A DNA stretch of 63,746 nt, filler included, from Octopus bimaculoides (lineage: Eukaryota), in NCBI RefSeq assembly GCF_001194135.2. It is 4 parts of 4 records of this genome, joined end to end, with 100 filler letters (N's around TTAATTAATTAA, not from the genome) between each part and the next. Parts side by side here need not be neighbours in the genome. Positions count along the whole stretch, not along the records: positions 1 to 20,806 come from NC_068988.1; 3 more parts are not named here. One strand, 5' to 3'. The notes below the pieces were generated by a model. It worked only from the letters and a program-made list of their open reading frames with translations. It ran no database searches and was not told the origin of the DNA. The position numbers and the translations under genes were made by a program. Shown here in pieces: positions 1 through 11,809 of this stretch (position 1 is the stretch's first letter; every line of letters begins with the position of its first letter).

Positions 1-99
1 ATACCATCACTGAATAACAAACGTTTTACATAAGAAATACACAAAACCATCCTACCATCAATTAACAGTGATGATTGTAAAGTAAAGGAGAAAAAATTT

Positions 100-560
100 C
101 AAGATATACTTTTTCAGCATCATTTGAGTGTAGTCAATGCTGCTGCTACCTGACTGGCTCCTGTGCTGGTGACATGTAAAAAGCACCATTTGAGCATGGT
201 TGATTGGCTCCTGTGTTAGTAGCATGTAAAAAGCACCATTTAAGCATGGTTGATTGGCTCCTGTGTTAGTAGCATGTAAAAAGCACCATTCAAGCATGGT
301 CGATGCCAGTGCCGCCTGACTGGCTCTCATGCTGATGGCATGTAAAAAGTACCATTCAAGTGTGATCAATACCAATGCCACCTGAGTGACACATAAAAAG
401 CACCCATTACACTCTCAGAGTGGTTGGCATTAGGAAGGGCATCCAGCTTGCCCGATCAGATTGGAGCCTGGTGCAGCCTCCTGGCTTGCCAGTCCTCAGT
501 CAAACTGTCCAACCCATGCCAGCATGGAAAGGGGACATTAAACGATGATGATGATGATTT
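100..560 (+). mobile_element. RTE-type LINE 3' tail (family D) with an internal ~50-bp tandem amplification
   Basis: Tail motif AAAAGCACCC..GGAAGGGCATCCAGC..CCAACCCATGCCAGCATGGAAA..TTAAACGATGATGAT recurs across the window. The unit TGGTTGATTGGCTCCTGTGTTAGTAGCATGTAAAAAGCACCATTTAAGCA has a 50-bp period. Confidence 0.75.
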
Positions 561-660
561 AGCTGTGCTAGAGTGGATGGAATGGATTCACAAATGTTGC
601 CTATTGCATATACTAGAGTAATATCCCTTATAAATGAATATCATTATTATAAGTAACCTA

Positions 661-830
661 AGACAGCAAGCTGGCAGAATCATTAGCACACCAGCGTTTT
701 GACCATCCTCATGTTCTGAATTCAAATTTGCTGAAGTTGACTTTGCCTTTCATCCTTTTGGTGGTCAATAAAATAAGTACCAGTTGACATTGCTGGCCTT
801 GTGCTAAAATTTGAAATCATTATTATTAGT
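661..830 (+). mobile_element. tRNA-derived SINE family A, CpG-decayed copy
   Basis: Head GCTGGCAGAATCATTAGC, B-box-like TTCAAATT, core CTTTGCCTTTCATCCTTT..GGTCAATAAAATAAGTACCAG, (TTA)n end. Confidence 0.75.
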
Positions 831-1203
831 AACCTATCAACAATGAAAGAGTGGAACTTATTGATAACTAGCTATATGGAAAGAAGTAGAACTATGTGTG
901 CTCTTGATGTGCCTCTAAGTAGCTTTGAACACTTAACTAATAGGTTCAGTAAAATTCAGTCAGTTGCTCTTTATATATTACCACCTGAGAAAAGTTACAA
1001 ATGTTTTCTGATGCATGGAGTCTCCAAACAGCAGAATAGAAATCTGAATGATATAGAACTGATACAGGTTTATTACTCAATAAGGGATAACCCTAACCAC
1101 AATTCTATACTTTGGGCCTTATCTAGAATGAGTTGCGTTTGTTTCTTTGTTATTTATGTAAAACTTTTCTAAGTTTTTACTTTTTTGCAAAGGAGAACGA
1201 TAG

Positions 1204-1333
1204 TGTAGCAAGGAGACATATTTCATCTTCCTCGATAAAGGAATTGAGTATTCTTACAAGTATATAGAAGGGAGACAACCCTTTCGTTATACTAGTGTTT
1301 ATCGTGACTATAATGGTATTTATCATTGCTACA
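1204..1333. mobile_element. 130-bp TG...CA element (mini solo LTR or MITE)
   Basis: Perfect 8-bp terminal inverted repeat TGTAGCAA/TTGCTACA; flanks ATAG/CTAG (4-bp TSD with one mismatch). Confidence 0.35.
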
Positions 1334-1602
1334 CTAGTCTTTATATTTGTCTGTTATGTCATTTTATATTAATTTGATATCCATTGCTATGGCTGCTATA
1401 GTTGTGGTCCCTCCCACTAATCTATTAGGATTCAAATTCAGTTAAATAATAAAATAAATATAATCCATTATGGTTTCTAAGTCAGTGAAACCATAAGACA
1501 TTAAGTTTGAAATTCAAAACAATTTGGTTAATAGTTAAATTCATTTCTAAATTTACCATAATACTGTAACAGCCAGTAGAGAGGAATTACATGGAGTTTC
1601 TT

Positions 1603-1816
1603 AATAATCCTTTCTTATTTTGGAAAAAGGTCAGCAATTTTGAGAGTTGGGAAAGTCGATTACATTGACTTCAGTGCTCAACTATTGTATCAATCTCAAG
1701 AGGATGAGAAACAAATATTATCTTGGTGGAATTTGAACTCAAGAGTATAAAAGTGAATGAAATGCTAATAAGCATTCTGTTCAGCATGCTAATGATTCTG
1801 CCAGCTCACAACCTTG
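1603..1816 (-). mobile_element. SINE family A copy
   Basis: Reverse complement of the head, core and tail seen at 661-830 and 43497-43680. Confidence 0.7.
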
Positions 1817-1864
1817 AAATTTTTTTAATAATGATTACCTAATTTAATCATGAAGTTTACTTCA

Positions 1865-1995
1865 CAGCCAAATGGTCCTAGGTTCAATACCACTGCATGA
1901 CATATTGGATAAGTGTCTTCTACTGAAGTCTTATATTTACCAGTGTCTTGTGAGTGCAATTTAACAACAGAAACTATATGGAAGTTTGTGTGTAT
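1865..1995 (+). mobile_element. SINE family B 5' fragment
   Basis: GGTTCAATACCACTGCATG..AAGTGTCTTCTACT, matching the head of the 48140 copy. Confidence 0.5.
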
Positions 1996-2009
1996 GTATT
2001 TAACAAGTT

Positions 2010-4800
2010 GGTAAATATGAATGAGAGAAATTATTATGTAACATCATTTACATAATATTTATTAGGAGTTCACTAAGGATCAGTTCTCAGCTCCCTCTTG
2101 TTTATCATAGTCGCCCAGGCCATAAAAGAGAAATTTAAGACTAGCTGCCCTTAGGAACTCCTCTGCACTGACCTTGTTCTTATAGCTGAATCACTACAAG
2201 AACTAAAGAAAAAATTTCAGGTGCAGAAGCAAGGTCTTAAAGCAAAGAGCTTTATAGTTAATTTAGGAAAGAAGATAGTCCAAGTAGGTAGTAAAACAGA
2301 CATATCACTAATCCCTTCGGGGAAACGGCCCTGCTTAATATGTAGAAAAGTGTTGGTAGAAACTTCATACAGTGCAAGCTATGGATATGTAAGGAACGAC
2401 CGTGCGAACTCAAAAAGGAGAAATGGTGACGAATGGAAAAACAGAGGACTCCTTTTATTTAAACGTGTCACACGGTCGAACACAAAATTATATCAGATGA
2501 TGATGATATACATGATATGTTATACGACGATAACATAGATGACCAGTAATGAAAGACCACAACCGTATAAGAGGAATAACAGAGATATTTATTGTAGCGT
2601 TAAAGATGTATGTCTGTGTGAGAGTGTGAATGCGACATATAAGAACATAATCAAAGACAGGCCGTCGTACAAAGAAAAGTGTGTATGTGAGTGATACATG
2701 TGTGTATATGTGAAATATTACAGCAGATAGAAAGGGAGTCAATAACACGTGAGCAATTTTATACCAGTTCTTGTGTACCCAATAGTATGAGTCTGTATGT
2801 GAAGTGAGGGGAGGCTGAGTGTGGCAGAGCTGATCACTAGTTGTGATGTCGTGGCATCGATGCCGGGCCGTGATTCTTGTTATACAGATGTTCGTCGTTT
2901 GGCAGAGCTTATCACTAGTTGTGTTTTGGCTTCGATGCCAGGGCCTTGAGGACAGACGTTTATCGCAGGCTGAAATCTCTTGTCTGTTTATTATCGTGGT
3001 GAAGCTAAGTCACCTAACAGAATCGAAGAGAGAGAGATGTGCCGCGGTGGTTTGGTTTGGTGTACANNNNNNNNNNNNNNNNNNNNNNNNNNNNNNNNNN
3101 NNNNNNNNNNNNNNNNNNNNNNNNNNNNNNNNNNNNNNNNNNNNNNNNNNNNNNNNNNNNNNNNNNNNNNNNNNNNNNNNNNNNNNNNNNNNNNNNNCTA
3201 AGAGAAACTGGGCCGAGACAAATTTGCTGGGTATGAGTTAAAGCTATTTATAACAAACTATCGGCTCCCGAATGCTTCAGTTTAATACTCTATCACGTGA
3301 CCTTATTAGGGGCCGTGATTGGTCAGTTTGCGTTCTGGCGGGAAAGGTTCAAAGAAGTTGCCGATTCGAATAATGATCAGTCACGTGATGACAAGGCTGG
3401 TGTTTTCCACTACGCTCGCGTTTATTTATATTTAAATGAGAAGAATGGCGACAGCAGTTTTGTATCTAATGGCGATAGGTAGTTTCACTACAGATACATA
3501 AGAGGTGGCAGCAGTATCACAGGAAGTTTAGCAGAGAAAGTAGTCTTTGTGCATGGCAGATGTGTAGGTACAATAAACACTAAGAATGTACAGAAAATAG
3601 CCTTCCTCAAATGTCTAGGGAGATCTTTAGAAGTAGTAGATAGCTTCTGTTATCTAGGTGACCAATTTAGCAGTGGAGAAAGTGTAGCTGCTAGAGTAAG
3701 AATGGGCTGGGCAAAGTTCAGAGTTGCTACCTTTGTTGGTAACAAAGAGCCTCACCTCAGAGTGAAAGGCAGATTGCATGATGCCCTGTGTACGGACAGT
3801 TATGCTACATGGCAGTGAAACATGGTCTGTGATTACAGTGGATATGTGAAGGCTTAAAAGAAATGAAGCCAGAATGCTCCACTGGATGGGTTAGGGTTAG
3901 GGTGCATGTACAACAGAAAGTAAATGATTAAAAAAAAAAAAATTGGGTATCAAAGGCATCAGATATAGCATGCAAGAGAGAAGACTGTGTTGGTCTGGTT
4001 GTGTGACGTGTATGGATGAGGACAGCTGCATGAAGAAGTGCTAATCTCTAATTGTAGAGAGAACCAGTTGAAGGGATAGACTCAGGAAGACATAGGACAA
4101 AGTGGTGAGAAATGAGCCTCACTGAGGAGATCACAATATGACTGAGACTTCTGGCAATTTGCTGTGCTTGAGAAGACGTGGAGCTAAGTAAAATTGTGAC
4201 TGTCTGTACATACAGGTATATCTTTTACAGTCATGTCCACCCTCACACAGATACATGCATACATAATTCTGTCCTCTGTCTAAGCACCCACAAAAGCCAA
4301 CTTCCCCACACTCCCACCACCTATTGCAAGCTCTTCCACTCACCCTCACATATTTACCATACCCCTCTCCAAACCATTCCAATTCCTCTCACCATCACTT
4401 GCTATCTCTAAACATCTCCCATCACACAATTATGGAACATCCCCACCAATCCTCTTTGTACTACATATACTACCCCTGTAGGTAGGCCCCCCTCCCTCTC
4501 TCTACCTTCCTCTCTTTCTTTGTCCTATTGAGGTAACCAAATATCTCCTCTATAGTAAGAGGGTTTTCTCTGCTTCACTATCTTCTCATTTGGCACACAG
4601 CAACTTCTCTCAGCTGAGAGGTCTTTGTCTTGCAAGCTACTTGGCAACTCCACAGTGCTGGTGCCATGTAAAAAGCACCCAGTACACTGTAAAGTGGCTG
4701 GCATTTGCAAGGGCATCCAGCTGTAAAAACCATGTCAAACAGACAGTGAAGTTTGATGCAGTCTTCTACCTGGCCAGGTATTAAATGATGATGATGACGA
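2010..4800 (+). mobile_element. Degraded 5'-truncated RTE-clade LINE (RT C-terminal half with PHD-like insert, 3' UTR, (GAT)n tail), interrupted by an LTR at 2388-3492
   Basis: Frameshifted translation gives GVHxGSVLSxLLFII, DLVLIAESLQEL, SGKRPCLICRK...KLWIHKR, SLEVVDSFCYLGD, RVRMGWAKFR, HGSETW. The tail is identical in type to family D. Confidence 0.85.
2388..3492 (-). mobile_element. Solo LTR (probably Ty3/gypsy type), containing a 130-N gap
   Basis: TGTA...TACA termini and a perfect 4-bp TSD GATA (2384-2387, 3493-3496). Removing it restores the RTE reading KLWIHKR. On the minus strand: CACGTG boxes, CCAAT, TATAAATA (~3247-3254) and AATAAA (~2986-2991). CpG-rich compared with its host. Confidence 0.8.
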
Positions 4801-4829
4801 CGACAATATTATGTAAGACCCACCAAAAA

Positions 4830-5465
4830 TACATAGCGAAGCAGAATACAATAACTAACTGCAGAATATGTGGTGATGAAGAAGAAACACTAGATCATAT
4901 TGTCTCTGGCAGCCCAATCTTGGCTAAGATATATCCACAGACATAAAACAGTTGGAATTTGTGCCAGTTCTTTGAAATGCCAACAGAGAAAAGATGGTAT
5001 AAGCATACCACAGGAAAAGGTCTCAGAAAATGACAAAGCAACCATACTGAGATATGCCAATACACACAGATAGGGAGATCAAGGATAATCAACCAGATAT
5101 TGTTGGTAAGGATCACAAGGAAAAAGATACCTCCTTATCAACATATCAGTCTTAACAAATGACAATATACTTCTAAAAAGGAAAGGAGAAACTATTGAAA
5201 TACAAACATCTGAAAATAGAAATAACCTGAATGCAAGGCCTGCAAACAGTAACAATCACTATAATAATAGGTGCTTTAGGTATGATGAAAAAAATAAGCA
5301 AATACACTACCAAAACCTCAGGACTTACAAATATATAAATTACACAAAACTTTCAATACAGTAACAATAACATCAAAACAACAGCACATACCTAAGATGC
5401 ATAGAAATGCATTCAGTTGTGCAGTAAAAACATGCGATAAAAGTAAGATTTCTGAATAATAATAA
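4830..5465 (+). mobile_element. R4/Dong-clade non-LTR retrotransposon 3' fragment (CCHC knuckle, restriction-like endonuclease, 3' UTR, (AAT)n)
   Basis: CRICGDEEETLDHIVSG, KVSENDKATIL, DREIKDNQPDIV, IIIGALG across frameshifts. The 3' UTR is homologous to 58960-59090. Confidence 0.8.
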
Positions 5466-5467
5466 TA

Positions 5468-5790
5468 ATCCTTTGCGGGAGGGAGATAGTTGATTACATC
5501 AACCCCAGTATTTCACTGGTACTTAATTTATCAACCCCGAAAGGATGAAAGGCAAAGTTGACCTTGGCAGAATTTGAACCCAGATCATAGTGGCAGATGA
5601 ATAATAATGACAATGACAATGATTTCAAATTTTGGCACAGATCCAGCAATTTCAGAGGTGGGTAGGTCAATTACATCTATCCCAGTATTCAACTGATACT
5701 TATTTCATTTACTTCAAAAAGATGAAAGGCAAATTTGATCTCGACAAAATGTCATTAAGCAATTTGCCTGGCATGCTAATGATTTTGCCA
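5468..5790 (-). mobile_element. Two adjacent SINE family A fragments
   Basis: Two reverse-complement cores (ACCCCGAAAGGATGAAAGGCAAAG-type) with the adjacent GAATTTGAAC box in the first. Confidence 0.7.
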
Positions 5791-5814
5791 GCTTGCTATG
5801 TAAATAGTGCTGGT

Positions 5815-6068
5815 TCCCCATAAAAAGGACCTATGATGGTGCCGTGTAAAAAGCACTGGTGATAGTACCACATCAAAAATACTGGTGTTGGTGCCATATA
5901 AAAAACATCTATTACACTCTGTAAAGTGGTTGGTGTTAGGGAGGGCATCCAGCTGTAGAAACTAAGCCAAAACAGACTATGGAACTTGATGCAGCCCTTG
6001 GCCTTAGCAACTCCTGTCAAGCTGTCTAACACATGCCGGCATGGAAAACGGATGTTAAATGATGATGA
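5815..6068 (+). mobile_element. RTE 3' tail (family D)
   Basis: TACACTCTGTAAAGTGGTTGG..GAGGGCATCCAGCTGTAGAAAC..GGCATGGAAAACGGATGTTAAATGATGAT. Confidence 0.75.
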
Positions 6069-6195
6069 CAGTGAGCTGACAGAATCATTAGAGTATCAGA
6101 AAAAAACGTTTTGCAGTTTTTCTTCTGACTCTATATTCCAAGTTCAACTTTGCCTTTCATGTTTTTGAGGTCAATAAAATAAAGTGCCAGCTAGG
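6069..6195 (+). mobile_element. SINE family A fragment
   Basis: GTGAGCTGACAGAATCATTAG head followed by the CTTTGCCTTTCAT..GGTCAATAAAAT core. Confidence 0.65.
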
Positions 6196-6249
6196 TATGA
6201 GTGTTTGGGAAAGGGGTCATTTAAGAAATGGTTAATACTTTTTGTCTCT

Positions 6250-6450
6250 TTTTCTACAGATTCTGTGCTTGTTCTCTGAGTTTTATCAATCTTTGTCTTT
6301 ATTAAATGTGTTGTGATGGCTTGTTCCTGACAGACTATAATTAGTAATTCAGTTTTTTGTTCTCATGACTTGTTTCTAACTGGCTGTAATTTGTGATTCA
6401 GTTTCTTTTTCCTGAGCAGCTATTATTAGTGATTCATCATCATAACCATT
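6250..6450 (-). mobile_element. R4/Dong-type fragment with an internally repeated ETESLIIAAQEQ motif
   Basis: ESLIIAAQEKETESQITA and KTELLIIVCQEQAITTHLIKTKIDKTQ; this motif precedes the CCHC knuckle in R4-like ORFs. Confidence 0.6.
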
Positions 6451-6584
6451 TAATGTCCCATTTTCCACATTTTGGAAAATTAAAGAGTAGTAAAGAGCTC
6501 TATTTCTCAAATCTGTAAGGTTAACATTGTCTTTCATTCCTCTGCAGTTAATTAATAAATTACGCACTAATGCTGTTGCAGTCT

Positions 6585-6790
6585 GTTATTATTATACCTA
6601 GCATCTGTTAATCAATAGCCATATACGATAATCCATTATACCTAACATCCATAAATCTATAGCCATATAAGACAATCCTTATATTTACCAACTTTTAAAC
6701 ATTAAGATAATCCTTTATACCTAACATGTATAAAATTGTAGCCATGTAAGATAATCCATTATTATAGCTAACATATTAATCTATAATCAT
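6585..6790. repeat. Diverged ~44-bp minisatellite
   Basis: Recurrent GATAATCCATTATACCTAACAT..AATCTATAGCCATATAA, about 4-5 copies. Confidence 0.6.
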
Positions 6791-6829
6791 ATATATTAAT
6801 ATATTTTGACATCTATTTTGCTGTATCAG

Positions 6830-7508
6830 TAACATACACAAGAGATTTTTTGAAAATTTGAAGTTTGTATATCATTGGAGCCATGACTTTTGTTCTCCAC
6901 TCTTAAAAGCATTCAACCATCAGGTAGGGAAAGAAACTAATGTTCAACAAAAAAAAAAAAAAAAAANNNNNNNNNNAGCCAAGTAGAGTTGATATATTTT
7001 TTGATAGGAAACAGTGTTAGCAATATGATTTAGTCCCTACAATCCATCAAGCTCTAAGATGCTCCAGTCACAACTGTCTGTCAATCTGCATTGCCTAACA
7101 TCTTTCTTGCTTGTTTTTAATGCAGTAGAATTTGAGATTAAGCTCCTATTTCTCATTGAGGAGACCTATGATAAAAGACATTCCTGACTTTTTCAGTAAT
7201 ACTATATCCAATGTGACCTTTTTCTGAAGGGGGATTTGACTGCTATTTCTAGCAGGCTCAAGTGTCACACAAGCAATAATACTGTGATGCCTAGTTTAGC
7301 AGATCTTTGATCAAGACCATTCTAGCCATGGCCATTCAGTCTTTGTTGTTAGACATCTACAAATTCATTATCCAATGTCAATTGGGATGCACTTTGAATG
7401 GGATTTGGTTATTTCAAGAAGTTGCACTGATTCTTGTTGAACTTTATTTTTTATGTTTTAATATCTATTTTTCTATGTTAGAATAAGTTAGACATGGAGT
7501 TATTTGAG
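6830..7508 (+). CDS. Candidate exons 6830-6923 (NIHKRFFENLKFVYHWSHDFCSPLLKAFNHQ) and 7482-7508 (NKLDMELFE) of an unidentified plus-strand gene
   Basis: T-rich acceptors, donors CAG|GTAGGG and GAG|GTAAGA. Each exon is open in only one frame, and the junction is phase 0 to phase 0. Confidence 0.45.
7130..7420 (+). repeat. Dispersed repeat family E (two fragments)
   Basis: GACCTATGATAAAAGACATTCC, CCATGGCCATTCAGTCTTT, CATTATCCAATGT and GATTTGACTGCTATTTCTAGCAG, shared with 50600-50670, 54205-54350 and the 132-bp arrays. Confidence 0.55.
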
Positions 7509-8249
7509 GTAAGATATTTTGGCCAATGCTCTTCTTGTCAACATTTGTTTGTATTTCAACTAAGAGATATTTTATTCAACAAGCCTTCCAAAATGTAGAA
7601 CTGGTCATATCAATAAGGAATGTAGACATCATATCACCATTTCACTCACGAGAAGCCAGGAGGTGTCAACATTTACATACATTTGCATGTGCACACACAC
7701 AATCATCATTGTTTAATGTTCCATTTTCCTTCTCTTAGATGAGCAACTAAAGAGCTTCAGCTGTCCTTGGGTCTGTCGGAGTTTCTGTTAGTGATCTTCT
7801 TCCAGAGGCAATTACATAACATGCTACTTACACATGAGAACAATTTCCATCTACCAAAGTCAGTCACAGAGAATAGGCCAGTCTGGGATTATAGCAGAAA
7901 ATACTTGCATAGTGGAACTAAACTTAAACAACATGATTATGAAGTGAACTTCTTAACCAAACCAACCATGCCATAAGTGGAATTATTACTGATTAACATT
8001 TTACCGATATAGTGATTAAACTCATGAGATCAACCAGCCTGCCACCACCTCAAAACTGACTGTTTTACTATATTTGGATGGAAATAGAAATCTCTCATAA
8101 TTTTATGTTCTCAGTTACCAACTTAATGTAAAATCTAGCAAATACTTGATTATTTTCAAATTTCTTGAAACCCAGTCACAAAAGGGTTAACAAGATGTTA
8201 AGACATTGTTTTTATATCTTTTGATTGTAAAACATTGAGCTTAATATAG

Positions 8250-8429
8250 TGTGGTAGTATTAATGGAACTTAATGCATTTAAGACAACCACATACAGAGT
8301 CAGCAACAAGATCAGAGATGAGGTAAATATATAAATGGGGGAAAAGGTTAACAAGAGATCTGTTCTCAAGTTCCTTTTGTTCATTATAGTTTTTTGAAAT
8401 TTTAACAAGTTTGAAACTGGTTGCACTAG
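8250..8429 (+). CDS. Candidate exons 8250-8322 (VVVLMELNAFKTTTYRVSNKIRDE) and 8390-8429 (FFEILTSLKLVAL) separated by a 67-nt intron
   Basis: GAG|GTAAAT...TTCCTTTTGTTCATTATAG intron. Each exon is open in a single frame and the phases are compatible. The connection to the 7482 exon and the terminal exon (possibly from 8500) is unresolved. Confidence 0.4.
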
Positions 8430-9284
8430 GTAACATTTATACATTGATCTTTCAGCAGTTTGTGGCGTATGTATTCTTTACCTCTGCCAAATATCTTAGC
8501 AAACTCAGAGAGAATTATGTTCTGTGCAGCAGTTAGAACAACCAGTTCACTAGATCTTGTTGGTCATTTCTGCAACCAAAGTCTAATTATTTTAATATCA
8601 AAATAATTTAATTAATATAAAGGGATTACAACTATAATGAACGTATAGTTACCAGTTGACAAAGGTTGGAAATTCAGAAATGTTTTGCTTTGGTTATCAA
8701 AAACCAGTTTGTGCAAAAGACTGAACTAATTAGCATTCAATGTTGCGACCCTGTGGATGATGGACAGAAATAAAGGAAACTTGAATTGTTGGGCGTGTAA
8801 TGTTAACTTAAAGGCAGAGCACAATATGAGATGAAACCAGCTTAAGTGTATAGGGGAGACAACTGCATTTGTATAGATTTGAATGAGTGAGGAAGGCTGA
8901 TGAAAAGCAATGTGCTGTGTACTCAAGTACTTAAGAAAGAAGGACTGATAGGGCACTCAATATGTCCAATCCCAGCTACAGATGGGAAAACAGACATTAT
9001 CTTATACTTAAGCAGAGTTGCTGTTATGAATGTAAGAAGATCCATCTAGTTCATGTCAGTCTCTTAAGTATGAACAAAAATACTGCTTATAAATTAATAC
9101 ATAAAACAAATTTGATTTTTATCTTCTGCTTAAAATGTTTCGGGTAAATTGTCTTAAATATCCATTACAGAAGGACAAGTGGCTTAGAAGAATGTATATT
9201 GAAATAACAAATGCTAAGAGAAAGTATGTGGTATAAATAAATGATGGACAAAAGCCTTGTCCATCTACATAACAATGATAGTAA

Positions 9285-9490
9285 AATAATCCTTTCTAAT
9301 ATAGGCAAAAGGCCAGAAATTTTGAGAGGAGGGAATTAGTAAATTACACTGACCCTGGTGCTCAACTGGTACTCATTTTATTGATCCCAAAAGGATGAAA
9401 TAACTAAAGTCAACCTCAGTCGAATTTGCATTCAAAATGTAAAATGTTCTTTTTTTCTCTGGTGTGGTAACAATTCTACCTGCTCAGTGC
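9285..9490 (-). mobile_element. SINE family A copy
   Basis: Reverse-complement tail, core and B box. Confidence 0.7.
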
Positions 9491-9589
9491 CACTGCCACC
9501 AACCGCCAGCGCCATCACCAATTTAGAGACAATTTTAGAATTGAAATTTCAAAATATATTCACCTCATTAATTTTCATTACATAGTGGC

Positions 9590-10232
9590 GATGACTTCTG
9601 ACCGAGACCTTTGGAAATATGCTGTGCCTGCGAAGACCCGGCAAGCCAAGTGAGACCTAAATCCAAGGCCTCTGCCAGAGGTGTAGCCAGCCCACTTATG
9701 CATACCTTTCCTTCATTGGACAGTAAACTCCGCTTGCGAAGACCTGTTGAAGCAAGTGTAATCGAAATCGAACTAAATTCGACGACTGGCACCCATGCCA
9801 ACGTTGTCTCCTTCATTGGACACGAAACTCAGCTTGCGAAGACCTGGTGGGGCAAGCGAAGCGAAATCGTGATGGCACCTGTGCCCAGCGTTGCCTTTCT
9901 GGCACTTGTGCCCACGTGTAAAGACATTTGAGCGAGATCGTTGCCAGTGCCTCTGGACTGGCTCCTGTGCAGGTGGCACATAAAATACACCATTTTGAGC
10001 GTGGCCGTTGCCAGTACTGCCTGACTGGCCTTTGTGCCGGTGGCACGTAAAAGCACCCAATACACTCTTGGAGTGGTTGTCGTTAGGAAGGGCATCCAGC
10101 TGTAGAAACTCTGCCAAATCAGATTGGAACCTGGTGTAGCCATCTGGTTCACCAGTCCTCAGTCAAATCGTCCAACCCATGCTAGCATGGAAAGCGGACA
10201 TTAAATGATGATGATGATGATGATGATGATGA
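9590..10232 (+). mobile_element. RTE LINE 3' end: ORF terminus RDLWKYAV.AKTRQAK*, full 3' UTR and (GAT)n tail
   Basis: The ORF end is homologous to 4140-4190 and 58330-58360. The 3' UTR has internal repeats (GCTTGCGAAGACCTG x2) and a canonical family D tail. Confidence 0.8.
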
Positions 10233-10497
10233 GACTGCAATGTCTAATTAGATTGGCATCTAATTGGAAGTAAGAATGCCTAATATATAACTTAAAAAAA
10301 GACCCCCCCCCCAATAAACAGTTAATCAATTACAATATCTCCACAACAAATATTGGCCTTGTACTATATAAAAACAAAATCACTATTATTCATTGTAATA
10401 TAATTAATCTCCAAATTTTATATAATAGTTCACTCACAAATTCTAGCCTAAATGTTTCTCAAATATACATAGGATGAATAGTTTAATGTCATATAAT

Positions 10498-10960
10498 AAT
10501 AATAATCTTTTCTACTAAAGGTACAAGGCCTGAAGTTTTGGGAGAGGGGGCTAGTTGATTATACTGAGTCCAGCACGTAACTGGTGCTTATTTCATCGAC
10601 ACCAAAAGGACGAAAGGCAAAGCTGACCTCAGTGGAATTTGAACTCAGAACATAAAGACAGATGAAATGCTGCTAAGCATTTTGCCCCACATGCTGACGA
10701 TTCTGTCAGCTTGCTGCCTAAATAACAACAACAATAATAATCCTTTCTACTGTAGGCACAAGGCCTGAAATTTGTGGGGAGGGGACTAGTTGATTACATT
10801 GACCCCAGTCTTTGACTGGAACTTAATTCATTGACCCCGAAAGGATGAAAGGCAATGTTGACCTCGGCAGAATTTGAACTCAGAACATAGCAACAGGTGA
10901 AATACCACTAAGTATTTTGTCCAACATACTAATGATTCTGCCAGCTCACCACCTTAATAA
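10498..10960 (-). mobile_element. Two head-to-tail SINE family A copies separated by (AAC/AAT)n
   Basis: Two complete reverse-complement copies at ~10500-10720 and ~10735-10957. Confidence 0.8.
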
Positions 10961-11199
10961 TAATTAATAATAATCTTACTGTATACAGTGCTCAGTACAA
11001 TTCATACGAAAAGGTTAAAAGAGGGGATAATTGACTATTTCTAGTCAAATTTAATCAATTGTCGCTGAATAAAAAAAAATCATCAATGTTATGACTTTAA
11101 AAAATAAAACCTATTCAAAACTGCATTCACTCAAGTTTTATAACAGATGTGCAAATAAGTTAAACAGAAGAAAAAGAAATAAGTTAAAAATTGCAACCA

Positions 11200-11267
11200 G
11201 AACACTTTTATTGAAAAGAATACAAACAGTTGGAATGCTAAAAGCAAGAAATTTCATGACAAAACGG

Positions 11268-11302
<35 letters not shown>

Positions 11303-11737
11303 CTTAAATATATTTTTGTATGTATATATGTATGTAGTTCTATTTATGTATAAAATAAGAAAACCACAGCGGTTTAGTTAGGAACTTATAAAAACTGGGC
11401 TTTTTATTGACAGTAACAACAGTGCTACAACATAGGATAGCTGCAAAGGAAAGAAATTGTCTAAAAGCACATTAAATTATTTAATTAAAACTATAATAAT
11501 CAAAGCTCAATAACTACTTTTTGAAATTTAATGATTGCTTATTACACAGGTTACATACATAACAATTTAGCTGCATGTGTGCATATGCATATAAATATGT
11601 ATTTACAAATGCACACCTATAAATATTTACAAAAAGATTTCAATCCAATATTTTGATGGGGTCATTTCATTATTTCACAACCAGAAATTACTTTACAAGG
11701 CAGGTTAAACTGTCTTTACAGCAAATTTTCGAAAGAG

Positions 11738-11809
<72 letters not shown>

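Noticed and set aside
801-1172. 123-aa plus-strand ORF
   Set aside because: Begins within a SINE tail and has only weak splice sites; it may contain an exon of the plus gene but cannot be supported.
6376-6530. DLRNRALYYSLIF resembling an adaptin beta-subunit motif
   Set aside because: It runs into an R4-type LIIAAQE repeat and a stop without a credible donor; probably chance.
7800-8520. Alternative minus-strand exons (TGLFSVTDFGRWKLFSC; NIILSEFAKIFGR)
   Set aside because: Their phases do not join into a long frame and they conflict with the plus-strand model; not excluded without RNA data.
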